NCBI GenBank assembly: GCA_963718895.1
Contig: CAVRAG010000007.1
Location: 640,001-704,000 of the forward strand
Length of the DNA stretch: 64,000 nucleotides
Direction: 5' to 3'
From: an uncultured Nitrososphaerota archaeon
GTDB lineage: Archaea > Thermoproteota > Nitrososphaeria > Nitrososphaerales > Gagatemarchaeaceae
The translations under genes and the position numbers were made by a program. Positions 38,957-48,236 of this stretch are shown piece after piece. Under the pieces are notes generated by a model. The model did no database searches. It saw only the letters and a program-made list of their open reading frames with translations, and had not been told where the DNA came from. Each line of letters begins with the position of its first letter. Position 1 is the first letter of the stretch.

Positions 38957-39526
38957 CTACTTGGTTCTAGTACGGCGCGTCTTTTCCCCGGCGCGGGTCC
39001 CCGGCGGGTTTCCACCCCCTCCGAACCGGTAGCTCGCCACGACCCTGGATCCTAGCTCGGGCCTCACACCGTTCGTCCCATCCCCGAAGAGGATCTCGGA
39101 GAGGTCCCCGTCTTCCCGGATGACATAGACCCTGTCCTGGGACCCGCTCTCCGAGAGCGACCCGACCCGCTTCCAGAGAACCCCATCTACGCTGACCTCG
39201 AGTTCCGGGAGAGCGAAGGACGCCTTCGAGTGATCGTTCGGGCTCCCAAGCCCCACGTGGAGCGTGGTGGAGACCTCACCGCCCTCGGTCACCTCTCGGA
39301 CCATCCGCAGGCCCGGGCTGCCTTGGGCCGGCGGTGTCAGCGGCGGAGCCGGCCCGGCCACCTGGAGGTTCCTCTCCCATACGTCCAGGTAGACCAGTCC
39401 GGGCTGGAGCTGGAACTCGGACTTTTCGTTCCAGTCCGTGTCAAGTTGCACCCGTCCCTGCTGCATCGTGACGCTGCCATAGCGCATCCTCGCGCTGAAC
39501 GTCGACCTGCTGAACTCGCCCCTCAT
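38957..39526 (-). CDS. Mosaic of contractile-injection-system motifs (DUF6519 N-terminus plus baseplate-assembly domain)
   Basis: MRGEFSRSTF..MQQGRVQLDTDWNE, VYLDVWER, then VDGVLW..FGDGTNG.RP..VVASYRFGGG; TTTAAG box about 23 nt upstream. Confidence 0.65.
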   Translation of the reverse strand: MRGEFSRSTFSARMRYGSVTMQQGRVQLDTDWNEKSEFQLQPGLVYLDVWERNLQVAGPAPPLTPPAQGSPGLRMVREVTEGGEVSTTLHVGLGSPNDHSKASFALPELEVSVDGVLWKRVGSLSESGSQDRVYVIREDGDLSEILFGDGTNGVRPELGSRVVASYRFGGGGNPPGTRAGEKTRRTRTK

Positions 39527-39628
39527 GGCTCCGCGCCCTCCACGGGGGCTTAAATTATCTGCTGGAGGCCGCCTCCGAGCTGGCGTCGACCAACCGTTAA
39601 ATCGAGAGAGGGCGCTCGCGAAGAGGCG

Positions 39629-40807
39629 ATGAAAATCGCCGTCATAGGCGCGGGGATGATGGGTTCGGCCGTCGCATGGGACCTGGCACGGTCCAAGGAC
39701 GTCGACGAGATGATAGTGGCAGACATCAGCCAGGCCAAGCTCTCGGCCGTGAAGGAGAGGCTCGGCGAAAGGGCTTCGATCAGGAGGATGGACGTAACCG
39801 ACGCGGCTGGGCTAGGACGGTTCCTGAAGTCGTGTGACGTCGCCGTGAGCGCCCTCCCCCACGGAGCAGTCCATCCGGTCGACCTTGCCGCCGTCGAGTG
39901 CGGTGCAAGGATGGTCAACACCGCATTCGAGGATCAGCAGATGGACCTTGACCGGAGGGCGAAGGAGAAGGGGTCGGTCCTCATCCCGGGATGCGGCCTC
40001 GCCCCAGGGCTCTCCAATATCCTGGTCGCGGAGGGCGCCAGATCGATGGACCTGGCGGAGGAAGGTCACGTCTACGTCGGCGGGCTGCCCCAGAACCCCG
40101 AGCCCCCGCTCTCCTACAGGCTTGTCTTCTCGGTCAGAGGGCTAATCCGGGAGTACCTGAGCGCCAGGATCATCAGGGAACGAGAGGTGAAATCTGTCGA
40201 TCCATTCGGGGAAGTGACGAGGGTGAGATTCGGCAAGCCGATCGGAGCGCTGGAAGCGTTCTTTACGGACGGGCTCGGCTCCTCTATCTTCACGCTCAAG
40301 AACCTCAGGCAGCTGGACGAGAGGACACTCAGGTATCCCGGCCACGCCGAGAGGATAAAGTTCCTGATCGAGGCCGGCTTCTTCAGCAGCGACAAGGTCT
40401 TGGTCGGGGGCACGGCGGTCGCTCCGGTGGCCGTCTCGGAGGCCATCCTCCAGAAGGTCCTGACGCGGGGGGACCCGGCGGACGTCACAGTCATGAGAGT
40501 CAGGGTAGTCGGGAAGAGGGACGGGAAGAGGCTCAAGACAACGTTCGAGCTGATAGACTACTACGACAAGGCTAGTGGGGTGACGTCGATGGGACGCACC
40601 ACAGGTTTCACCGCCGCCATCGTCGCGAGGATGCTGGGCAGGGGCGAGATAGAGGGTCCCGGTGTGCTCCCTCCCGAGACCGCGCTGGGAGGGCGCGAAG
40701 TGAAACGGCTGCTCGCAGAGCTCGCGTCAAAGGGCGTCTTTGTGAAGAGGAGAACCCGGCGAGGCCCGACGCAGGAGTCCGAGCGCCGAACGACCGGACA
40801 TCCTTGA
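39629..40807 (+). CDS. Saccharopine dehydrogenase / lysine 6-dehydrogenase family protein
   Basis: GAGMMG, GCGLAPG, VGGLP, TLRYPGH and SMGRTTG motifs. Confidence 0.9.
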   Translation: MKIAVIGAGMMGSAVAWDLARSKDVDEMIVADISQAKLSAVKERLGERASIRRMDVTDAAGLGRFLKSCDVAVSALPHGAVHPVDLAAVECGARMVNTAFEDQQMDLDRRAKEKGSVLIPGCGLAPGLSNILVAEGARSMDLAEEGHVYVGGLPQNPEPPLSYRLVFSVRGLIREYLSARIIREREVKSVDPFGEVTRVRFGKPIGALEAFFTDGLGSSIFTLKNLRQLDERTLRYPGHAERIKFLIEAGFFSSDKVLVGGTAVAPVAVSEAILQKVLTRGDPADVTVMRVRVVGKRDGKRLKTTFELIDYYDKASGVTSMGRTTGFTAAIVARMLGRGEIEGPGVLPPETALGGREVKRLLAELASKGVFVKRRTRRGPTQESERRTTGHP

Positions 40808-40859
40808 GCAAGGCTTACGAAGGTGCTCCGCACCACCACCGGAGCCAAGGCACCATCCA

Positions 40860-42188
40860 TTGAGATCAGTCTTCGTCCCGTGGTCGGTCGCGCTCGGTGA
40901 GTCGGAGAGGCTGCTCGACGACCTCTCCAGATACACCAAGGTCGACGGCATCGAGCTGCTCGATTTCTCCTCACAGATAGAGAAGGCCTCCTACGGCTCC
41001 GCCCAGAGGCCAGCCTGCAGGGTCCTACCATCGAGCAAGAGGCTCGGCCTCGAGCTCCCAGTGGTGAAGCGGGAGGAGCTCAAGGCGGCCCTGAAGTTCA
41101 TGAGCGACGCAAAGTCGAGGGGGTTCAAGATAACGTGTAACTTCGTGCCCCTCTGGCTGGGGACCGACAAGCTCAGGGAATCTTCGCTGGTCGACGTGAC
41201 TGGGAGGCACCTGGGAGGGCCCGGTGACTTCCCGGTCTATGGTTGCCCGAATGACCCTGACATGATCAGGTACGGGGAGTTCATGATGCGCGAGTTTGTC
41301 CAGGCTTGGCCGGACATGGAGATAATGGCCCTCAACCATCTGGAGTATCCCCACATCCTCCTCTGGGCCTACCCCAGGGTTGACCTCGAGAGCATATTCG
41401 CGTGCTTCTGCAAGTCCTGCGAGGACTCGGCGCTCGAGCACGGCCTCGACCTCGAGAGGATGAAGAACGAGGCGAAGGTGCTCCTCGCCACCCTCGGGCG
41501 CGGTCCCCCGTCCGGGAACGGAGGCACCCCGCCCGTCGTCAACGCCGACGATGTCGTGAACTTCTTCCTGAGGAGACCCCACCTCGCCGAATGGCTCAAC
41601 TTCAGGATGCGTTCGATGACCGACTACGCCCGCTCGCTCATCGCAGCCGGGAGGGAGGCCGCGAAGGAGCACAACCCTGACCTTCGGTTCGGGATGGAGT
41701 TCCAGCTCCCTTCGCTCAGCCCGTTGCTGGGGACAGACTTCCTGAGTCTCTCGTTCGACCTCGACCTGATGATACCGAAGTTCCCCGACTACCTGCCTGG
41801 GTCCGTACTGCCCCTGTTCGCCCAGGAGGTCGGCGCGAGGAGCGGTATCGACAAGGATGCCCTGCTGAGCATGATCCGCGAAGCGTTCGACCTCGGTCCG
41901 GGTCCGAAGCGGTACTCGCCGTACCAGCCCTACGGGGAGCTTAGGCATATCCTCCTCTACTCGAACGCGTTCGACCACTCCATCGTGGCCCGCCAAATGA
42001 AGTACCTGAGGACCCTAGTCGGCAAGGTACCAATCCAGCCCTACATCTGGGAGAGCAACAACGACGAGGAGAGCTTAAGGAAGAAGATCGAGGCCCTCTC
42101 GAGCGCCGGTTTCGATGACTTCTTCCTTTGGTCCTGGGAGGAAGGGATCAAGACGGAGCACCTCAGGGCCCTGAAGGACATACTCTGA
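40860..42188 (+). CDS. Hypothetical protein, probable GH-like TIM barrel
   Basis: CPNDPD..Y, CFC..C and WLNFR patterns seen in GHL10/DUF187-like barrels. Confidence 0.55.
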   Translation: MRSVFVPWSVALGESERLLDDLSRYTKVDGIELLDFSSQIEKASYGSAQRPACRVLPSSKRLGLELPVVKREELKAALKFMSDAKSRGFKITCNFVPLWLGTDKLRESSLVDVTGRHLGGPGDFPVYGCPNDPDMIRYGEFMMREFVQAWPDMEIMALNHLEYPHILLWAYPRVDLESIFACFCKSCEDSALEHGLDLERMKNEAKVLLATLGRGPPSGNGGTPPVVNADDVVNFFLRRPHLAEWLNFRMRSMTDYARSLIAAGREAAKEHNPDLRFGMEFQLPSLSPLLGTDFLSLSFDLDLMIPKFPDYLPGSVLPLFAQEVGARSGIDKDALLSMIREAFDLGPGPKRYSPYQPYGELRHILLYSNAFDHSIVARQMKYLRTLVGKVPIQPYIWESNNDEESLRKKIEALSSAGFDDFFLWSWEEGIKTEHLRALKDIL

Positions 42189-42189
42189 G

Positions 42190-42311
42190 CGTCCAGGGCA
42201 CGAGCCAGAGTCGACTTCCGCCAATCGGTAGAGCTCCTCGAACCGACCCGTCGGGTCGCCTCGATCAATCGAGGTCAGGGCCAGCTTCCTCGCGACGGAC
42301 GTCTCCTCCAC
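42190..42311 (-). pseudogene. N-terminal remnant of a SAM-dependent methyltransferase-like gene
   Basis: ARKLA..GDPTGRFEELYRLA, then VPW in a shifted frame; CTTATA box upstream; rest of the gene absent. Confidence 0.45.
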
Positions 42312-42438
42312 CCCTTCGGTCGGCGCGACTCCGAAGATATAAGCCGAACCGTACCCCTACACGTCGACGCGATGGAGCCGGTGCAACCCTGAGGTCCGGG
42401 CGGGGCGTAGGGCGAGGAAAGGAGGCCGAATAGGTCCG

Positions 42439-43272
42439 ATGGGCTCGGTGGTCGACCCGGCCAACCGCGAGCGCAGCCTTCACTCTTCAGCGGGAGATGT
42501 GCTCCAGCTTACGCTCGTCGGTCTGCCCGTCGCCGCGTTCGTTCTGGTCATGGTGTGGCTCTCCGAGGACCGCATCGCCCCCTCTGCCGCCGTCGAGGGC
42601 TCGTCGTCGAATCCCCTGGGCATCCTCACCTCGAACTTCGTCTACGACGGTTCGGTCAACGTCCTGAACATCGTGGCGTCTTCGGTCTTCCTTCTGCTGG
42701 TCCTGTTGTACTACCCGAAGGCCCTGCGCACCTTCTTGGCATACCTCCTGCCCTTTGTGGCGGTCGCCTGCGGCGGCTTCGCGGAGCTCACCGCCATCTC
42801 GACGGTCTACGCCACGCCGGCTATCTGCGGGACCTCCTGCTCCTTCTACGGGATGTCAGGGGTCTCCAACGGTGTCGTCGGATTCACCATCGCGAGTTTC
42901 CTCGTCTGCTTCGGGATCATGATACTGCAGAAGAGGGGACGCCTTGCGACTATGGAGCGCACTCCGTTGCGCTCAAGCCGGCCGAGGAACCAGATAGGTC
43001 TGGTCCTGGCGTTCTGTGGGTACCTAGTGCTTCTGCTGATCTTCGCAGGGCTGATAGTCTTTCCCACCACCGGCCAGGGTGCGCCGGGGACGGGTACGGC
43101 AGGTCCCCCTCCTCCCCCCGCCATCTTCGCCCAGACACCTCCCGTCGCCTTCGTGCACTCCGCGAGCCTCGCCTACGGCTTTCTGCTCTCGATTGGGGTC
43201 TTCTTGCTCGTGAACCGGCGCTACCGGATCTTCGTCCCATCGGCTAGTCAGGACCCGGCGCCAAATGCGTAA
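42439..43272 (+). CDS. Divergent rhomboid-like intramembrane protein
   Basis: About 6 TM; ILTSNFV..N, GMSG (GxSG) and FVHS..YG motifs. Confidence 0.55.
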   Translation: MGSVVDPANRERSLHSSAGDVLQLTLVGLPVAAFVLVMVWLSEDRIAPSAAVEGSSSNPLGILTSNFVYDGSVNVLNIVASSVFLLLVLLYYPKALRTFLAYLLPFVAVACGGFAELTAISTVYATPAICGTSCSFYGMSGVSNGVVGFTIASFLVCFGIMILQKRGRLATMERTPLRSSRPRNQIGLVLAFCGYLVLLLIFAGLIVFPTTGQGAPGTGTAGPPPPPAIFAQTPPVAFVHSASLAYGFLLSIGVFLLVNRRYRIFVPSASQDPAPNA

Positions 43273-43298
43273 ATACCCGTGGCCCCGGTTTTTTGCAC

Positions 43299-43547
43299 AT
43301 GTCTGAAACTCAAGAACGAGCCGGAGGCTTGGATAGGGGGATGCTAGCGGGGCTGCTAGAGGCTCTTGCCAACAAACACTCGGAGCTGGACCTCAATTTC
43401 CAGAGGGTGAGCGTAACGCTCCCGAACGTGCGGATGAGCGTCGAACTGAACGGCATGATCACAGTCTCGGTACACATGCGGGACATGACCGAGGAAGAGA
43501 GGAAGGCGTTGTCTGCCAAGAGAGTCGAGATGCTCTCTACGGCCTGA
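43299..43547 (+). CDS. Small hypothetical protein
   Basis: 82-aa ORF with TAAATA box about 25 nt upstream. Confidence 0.6.
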   Translation: MSETQERAGGLDRGMLAGLLEALANKHSELDLNFQRVSVTLPNVRMSVELNGMITVSVHMRDMTEEERKALSAKRVEMLSTA

Positions 43548-43569
43548 TGCCCAGCCCGTCGCCCCCTGG

Positions 43570-43953
43570 CTATTTCAGGGCGTCGAGCAGGCCCTTCAGC
43601 TTCAACGGGTTGACGCTCATGTGCCCCGTCAGCCTCGAGACCCCGCTTCCAATCACCGCCGCTCGGCTCCCCTCGTTGTAGAGCGTGAGCCTCCATCCGA
43701 GGCGCGATAGCTCTCTGGCGATCGACTCGGCGCCCCTGAGGGGGTGGGATTCCCGCCCCTCCTGCTTCTCCATGAGGTCCGAGAGCTTGAGTCCCGCCTC
43801 CTTCGCTCCCTGGATTTCCACGTCCAGCGTCCGCTGCTGGGAGTCTATGGAGAGCAGGGGGAATCCACCCACGGTTACGGTGATCGCTCCAGAGGAAAGA
43901 AGGGAGAGGAGGTTGAGCGGGCCCGAGCCCGCGCCGTCCTTGTCTGAAGGCAT
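43570..43953 (-). CDS. Hypothetical protein
   Basis: 127-aa ORF, TTTAT box upstream, convergent with the previous gene. Confidence 0.6.
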   Translation of the reverse strand: MPSDKDGAGSGPLNLLSLLSSGAITVTVGGFPLLSIDSQQRTLDVEIQGAKEAGLKLSDLMEKQEGRESHPLRGAESIARELSRLGWRLTLYNEGSRAAVIGSGVSRLTGHMSVNPLKLKGLLDALK

Positions 43954-44096
43954 GTCTGTTCTTCTCTGCCTCTGTCACTGATAAAGGTGCGCGACGGGGT
44001 GTTGTGAGCCTCCGACGCGCGCCCGCGGGTGACACAGTCACATCATACGGTGACTTTATTCTGGGGCCACTTGTTGGCCGTCGAGGCTTCTAGAGT

Positions 44097-45023
44097 ATGA
44101 AAGGGAAGAAACGGATCATATTCGACTGCGACCCTGGAGTAGACGACGCTCTCGCTCTTGTCCTGGCTCTGAACTCAGGACAGGTGGAGCTTGCAGGGAT
44201 AACCACGGTCTCTGGGAACGTGTCGGTGAACCAGACCACGCTGAACGCGTGCAGGCTCCTGGACTACCTGGGACAGGACATCCCAGTCTCCAGGGGGGCG
44301 AGCCGGCCCCTGAAGACACGGCCCTCGCACGCCGCAAGAGTGCACGGGAGCGATGGTCTGGGGGACAGCTCACTGCTCCCTCGGGGCTCGACTAGGAGGC
44401 CCGAACGCGAGGGGGCGGCGGGATTCATCGCACGGTCGGTCGAGTCCGGAACGAAGACAATCGTAGCCACCGGTCCGCTGACCAACATCGCGCTGGCGTT
44501 CCGGGGAAGTCCGAAGGCCATGAGGGGTGTGGAAGAGCTGATAATCATGGGCGGCGCGATCCGAGTTCCCGGCAACGTGGACAGCGTGTCCGAGTTCAAC
44601 TTCTACGCCGACCCCGATGCTGCGGATTACGTGGTGCAGAAGACCACGGTCCCCAAAGTTCTCGTACCGCTCGACGCCACTCACAGGGTCATCCTCGCCC
44701 CCGCGGATCTCGACCAGATTCGCGATTCCCAGTCCGGGAAGCTCGTCAAATCGGTGGTTGCCAAGTACCAGGGTGAGTACATCAGTTCTGGTCTCCCGGG
44801 GAGTCCGTTGCACGACCCTCTGGCGATGGGCTACTGCATTGACAGGTCCTTCCTCGAGCTCCAACCGATGCAACTCCGTGTCGAGACCTCAGGAATCTAC
44901 ACCAGGGGAATGTGCGTCCCCGAGGAGAGGACCAAGATTCATAGGAGGCCCAACATCAAAGTCGCTCTCGGGGTTGACTCGGAGAGGTTCCTGGACTACT
45001 TCAAGGGGACCGTCTCGAGGTAG
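44097..45023 (+). CDS. Nucleoside hydrolase (IUNH family)
   Basis: DCDPGVDD, TGPLTNIA, SEFNFYADP and LHDPLA motifs. Confidence 0.95.
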   Translation: MKGKKRIIFDCDPGVDDALALVLALNSGQVELAGITTVSGNVSVNQTTLNACRLLDYLGQDIPVSRGASRPLKTRPSHAARVHGSDGLGDSSLLPRGSTRRPEREGAAGFIARSVESGTKTIVATGPLTNIALAFRGSPKAMRGVEELIIMGGAIRVPGNVDSVSEFNFYADPDAADYVVQKTTVPKVLVPLDATHRVILAPADLDQIRDSQSGKLVKSVVAKYQGEYISSGLPGSPLHDPLAMGYCIDRSFLELQPMQLRVETSGIYTRGMCVPEERTKIHRRPNIKVALGVDSERFLDYFKGTVSR

Positions 45024-45094
45024 CCGTCGAGCACCTCGCCGGGGCCCCGGTGTGGAGACTCAAGGCATAAAACATGGGAAGGATTCGTTCGCCC

Positions 45095-45493
45095 ATGCGA
45101 TTCACCGAGAGGCGCGAGTTCAGCGGCGACCCGGCGGTAGTCTGGGCGAGGGTCTCGAACCTTCGGGCCATTCCAACGTACTGGCACGGAACCAGGGTTT
45201 TCAGCGTAACCCAGGTCGGCGGCAAGACCGAGGCAGAAGTGGTCTTCGCATTCGGTGGAAAGGGCAGAGCCGAGGTGTCCGTCGACGAGAAGCATAGGAC
45301 ACTCGCCATAGAGTACCTGGAGGGACCCTTCAGGGGCACCCAGACCGTGGCCGTCACCGACCGCGCCGTTCAGGCTGACTGGGACGTGGCCTTCAAGGGG
45401 ACATTCAAGGTGCTCGGTCCCTGGAACGCGTCACACTTCAGGTCCGGGACGCGTCACACGCTCGAGAGGATCTGCGCGACCCCGACGGTCTGA
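45095..45493 (+). CDS. SRPBCC/START-domain protein
   Basis: VWARVSN..IP.YW and GPF.G patterns. Confidence 0.7.
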   Translation: MRFTERREFSGDPAVVWARVSNLRAIPTYWHGTRVFSVTQVGGKTEAEVVFAFGGKGRAEVSVDEKHRTLAIEYLEGPFRGTQTVAVTDRAVQADWDVAFKGTFKVLGPWNASHFRSGTRHTLERICATPTV

Positions 45494-45545
45494 GCATCCA
45501 TCAGGACGAATCTGGGGAAGAGCGTGGGATCTGTATCCTTCCACT

Positions 45546-46436
45546 TCAGACGGTTATCCCCGTCTCGGCCCTGATCACATATCCGAAGACGTAGAGGGCC
45601 ACGGTCACGCCTAGAAGTATTCCGAGCAGTTCGAGATAGTCGCGCGTGAACGGCTTGGTCGATATGATCGCACTGTAGTAGGAGGCGAACGTGACTATCA
45701 CAACGGCAAGCACCATGGAGACGCCGATGGCGTAAATCTGGCTCCCTGTGAGGAAGTAGGGTGTCGCTAGGACGAGCGCCGTGACGAAGTACGAGATACC
45801 GGTGTATGCAGCGGAGAGCTTCGCGGACCCTTTGAAGCCCTGCTTAGCCTGGGCGTAGGCCGCGGAGGCCATCGCAAGTGAAGCGGCGCCCCCCGCGATT
45901 ATGCCTGCGAGCCCCGCTATCTCGGTCTTGTTGTAGATTCCGAGCGACCCCGCGTGGATCCCGGTTATCTCGACGAGCGCATCGGCCAGACCCAGAACCA
46001 CGAAGGAGATGTACCGGATGGTGGAACTCTCGATTCCGCCGCTCAGATCGTTCTCGTGCTGCTCCTCGTCGGCGAGGACCTCTTCGAACGCCGCCTTGTC
46101 CTCGGGAGGCACGAGGTGGGCGACCGCCCTGTACCTCTTGAGGGAGTCCGCCTCATGCCTCTCGAGGTAGCGTATGGAGAAGGTGAGTCCGAATATCCTC
46201 TTGAAGATGAGCGCTCTGCGGATAAGTCCGGTGTTCAGTCGCGGTTGGACATCGGGCACGAACTTTTGCCAGAACTCGAGGTGCCGGTGCTCCATAAGGG
46301 CCAGCTTCCTGAAGACCTCCACGAACGCCCCGTTGTGATGGGTCGCGGAGAGCCTGGTGTAGAGCGTATAGTCGGTGAGCTCGTCGTCGATGCCCTCTCT
46401 CGCGACCTCGACTAGAGCAGGGTCTACCGCAACCAT
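45546..46436 (-). CDS. Rubrerythrin-domain plus VIT1/CCC1 iron transporter
   Basis: E..D..Y, EHRH and DEEQHE diiron-type motifs, then VLGLADALVE and 5 TM; ATG 46436. Confidence 0.88.
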   Translation of the reverse strand: MVAVDPALVEVAREGIDDELTDYTLYTRLSATHHNGAFVEVFRKLALMEHRHLEFWQKFVPDVQPRLNTGLIRRALIFKRIFGLTFSIRYLERHEADSLKRYRAVAHLVPPEDKAAFEEVLADEEQHENDLSGGIESSTIRYISFVVLGLADALVEITGIHAGSLGIYNKTEIAGLAGIIAGGAASLAMASAAYAQAKQGFKGSAKLSAAYTGISYFVTALVLATPYFLTGSQIYAIGVSMVLAVVIVTFASYYSAIISTKPFTRDYLELLGILLGVTVALYVFGYVIRAETGITV

Positions 46437-46598
46437 GCGAAGGCGCGATTTGGCCCCTCCTTTGAATCTTTTCAAGGCTGCATGATGAAAGGACGACCCG
46501 CTCCAAGCTACGGCCCGCCTGAGCCTGGGATCGCGGCCCCGACGACGCGGCGAACCCGTCGAATGATTATAAGCGACCGGGAAGCTAGAAGGGCTGGC

Positions 46599-46847
46599 AT
46601 GAAAGCTTACGTGTTCTTGGTTACGAAGGCTGGTACATCTGAGGAAGTGCTTCGGTATCTGAACAAGGTCGCGAAGGTCAAGGGTGTGACGCAGGTCGAT
46701 TCGGTCTACGGCAGGTTTGACGCCATAGTAACCGTCGAGGCCCCCGACATGGAGAGCCTGGGCGACCTGATCTACAGGGTCATCGAGAAGGTCCCGAACG
46801 TGATCCACACCGAGACCGCGCTCGCCCTGTCCCACGCCAAGGCGTGA
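46599..46847 (+). CDS. Stand-alone Lrp/AsnC ligand-binding (RAM) domain
   Basis: KAYVF, VYGRFDAI and VIHTET motifs; no HTH; TTATAA box upstream. Confidence 0.85.
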   Translation: MKAYVFLVTKAGTSEEVLRYLNKVAKVKGVTQVDSVYGRFDAIVTVEAPDMESLGDLIYRVIEKVPNVIHTETALALSHAKA

Positions 46848-46854
46848 TCTGGCG

Positions 46855-47250
46855 TTGGCCGTCATAGCCTACGTGCTGCTGAGGACGAAGCCGGGCACCT
46901 CCCACCAGATAATAGCGTCCAGGAAGATTCCGGGCGTGCAGATGGCGAGCAGCGTCTTCGGGAGGTACGACGCGGTCCTGGTGATATCTGCGAAGGACAT
47001 GGACGAGCTCTCCAGCACGCTCTACGACGTGATCGAGAAGCACCCCAACGTCGAGCACACCGAGTGCCTCATCTCGATCCCCTATCCTCCGGAAGAGAAG
47101 CCCAAGGCTCCGCCGGAGACGTACTCGGTGATATCGTTCCCGTGCCCGAGCTGCAACGGGCTGAACAGGCAGGGCTCAGCCTACTGTCACCTCTGCGGGT
47201 ACGCCTTCGAGACGGCCGAGGACTTCCTAGAGGGCAAGCACGAGCGTTAG
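46855..47250 (+). CDS. RAM-domain protein with C-terminal zinc ribbon
   Basis: AYVLL, VFGRYDAV and VEHTE motifs; CPSC..YCHLCG. Confidence 0.82.
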   Translation: MAVIAYVLLRTKPGTSHQIIASRKIPGVQMASSVFGRYDAVLVISAKDMDELSSTLYDVIEKHPNVEHTECLISIPYPPEEKPKAPPETYSVISFPCPSCNGLNRQGSAYCHLCGYAFETAEDFLEGKHER

Positions 47251-47409
47251 GAACGTCTGCACAATCCAAGACGGCGCAGAGAGGAACGAGAGTGTGACGA
47301 GGAGACACGGGACCGAGGTCTGGGCTACTCCCGGCCGCTGGAGTTGGGCTCCCCGCGTGGGCCTTAAAGCCGCCGTCCACGTGGTCGTTGCAGCTAGGTT
47401 GGACACCTC

Positions 47410-48111
47410 TTGACCGTCTACTACACCTCGAACGAGATGAGGAGCCGGGTCCCCGGCCTCCTCGGCGTGAACGGCGTGCCGAACGAGCGCAGGGAGCTCA
47501 AGGTCGGCGATTACTTCTGTGGGGAGATATCGGTCGAGGGCACGTACGTCGGGACCCCCGTCGAGAGGAAAGAAATCGGAGACTATCTCCGCTCTATGAA
47601 CGACGGAAGGCGCGACGAACAGCTCTACAACATGTCCTACGGCTTTCCACTGTCGTACATAGTGACGATCGGCACGGCCTCGAGGGCGCTGCGGGGGACG
47701 AACGTGACGCTGAACGCCTACATCTCCTCCCTGGTGGGGTCGTCGCTGAAGCGCGCGCCAGACGGGGTGGGCGGTCAGGTGGTGACGGTCAACCTCGAGA
47801 GCGACGGCGAGTTCGTCCTCTTCCTGAAGTACCTCGACGAGAAGGTGAAGGAGGGGAGCTTCGCTCGGGTTCCGGTGATGCAGAAGCGCGCCTGGAAGCC
47901 AGAGGAACTCCTAGTCTACGTGGTCTCGAGCCTACCCGGGATAGGGGCCAAGACCGCGGACAACCTCCTGGCGCACTTCGGCTCGGTCCGCGGGGTGATG
48001 AACGCCTCGAGGGAGGAGCTGATGGAGGTCGACGGTGTCGGGCCGAAAAGGGCAGAGGAGATCCACAGCGTGCTCACTACGTCCTACGCGATCAAGGAAC
48101 TGACCCCGTAG
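47410..48111 (+). CDS. ERCC4/XPF-family nuclease with (HhH)2
   Basis: VGDY..VERKEIGD motif; LPGIG..A and VDGVG..A HhH pair. Confidence 0.85.
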   Translation: MTVYYTSNEMRSRVPGLLGVNGVPNERRELKVGDYFCGEISVEGTYVGTPVERKEIGDYLRSMNDGRRDEQLYNMSYGFPLSYIVTIGTASRALRGTNVTLNAYISSLVGSSLKRAPDGVGGQVVTVNLESDGEFVLFLKYLDEKVKEGSFARVPVMQKRAWKPEELLVYVVSSLPGIGAKTADNLLAHFGSVRGVMNASREELMEVDGVGPKRAEEIHSVLTTSYAIKELTP

Positions 48112-48236
48112 GCGGCTCAGAGCTACTCTGTATCGGTCCTTGAGTCCGCCGGAAAGGCCCAGCAACCGCCGCAGGACCGACCAACCGTTATTACCGTAGG
48201 CGAACTCGGCAGCGGGAGAGCCGTTTGTTCAGGGAC

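Noticed and set aside
38957-39526. Prophage or complete eCIS locus
   Set aside because: Flanked by USP and dehydrogenase genes; no other structural, integrase or att features seen
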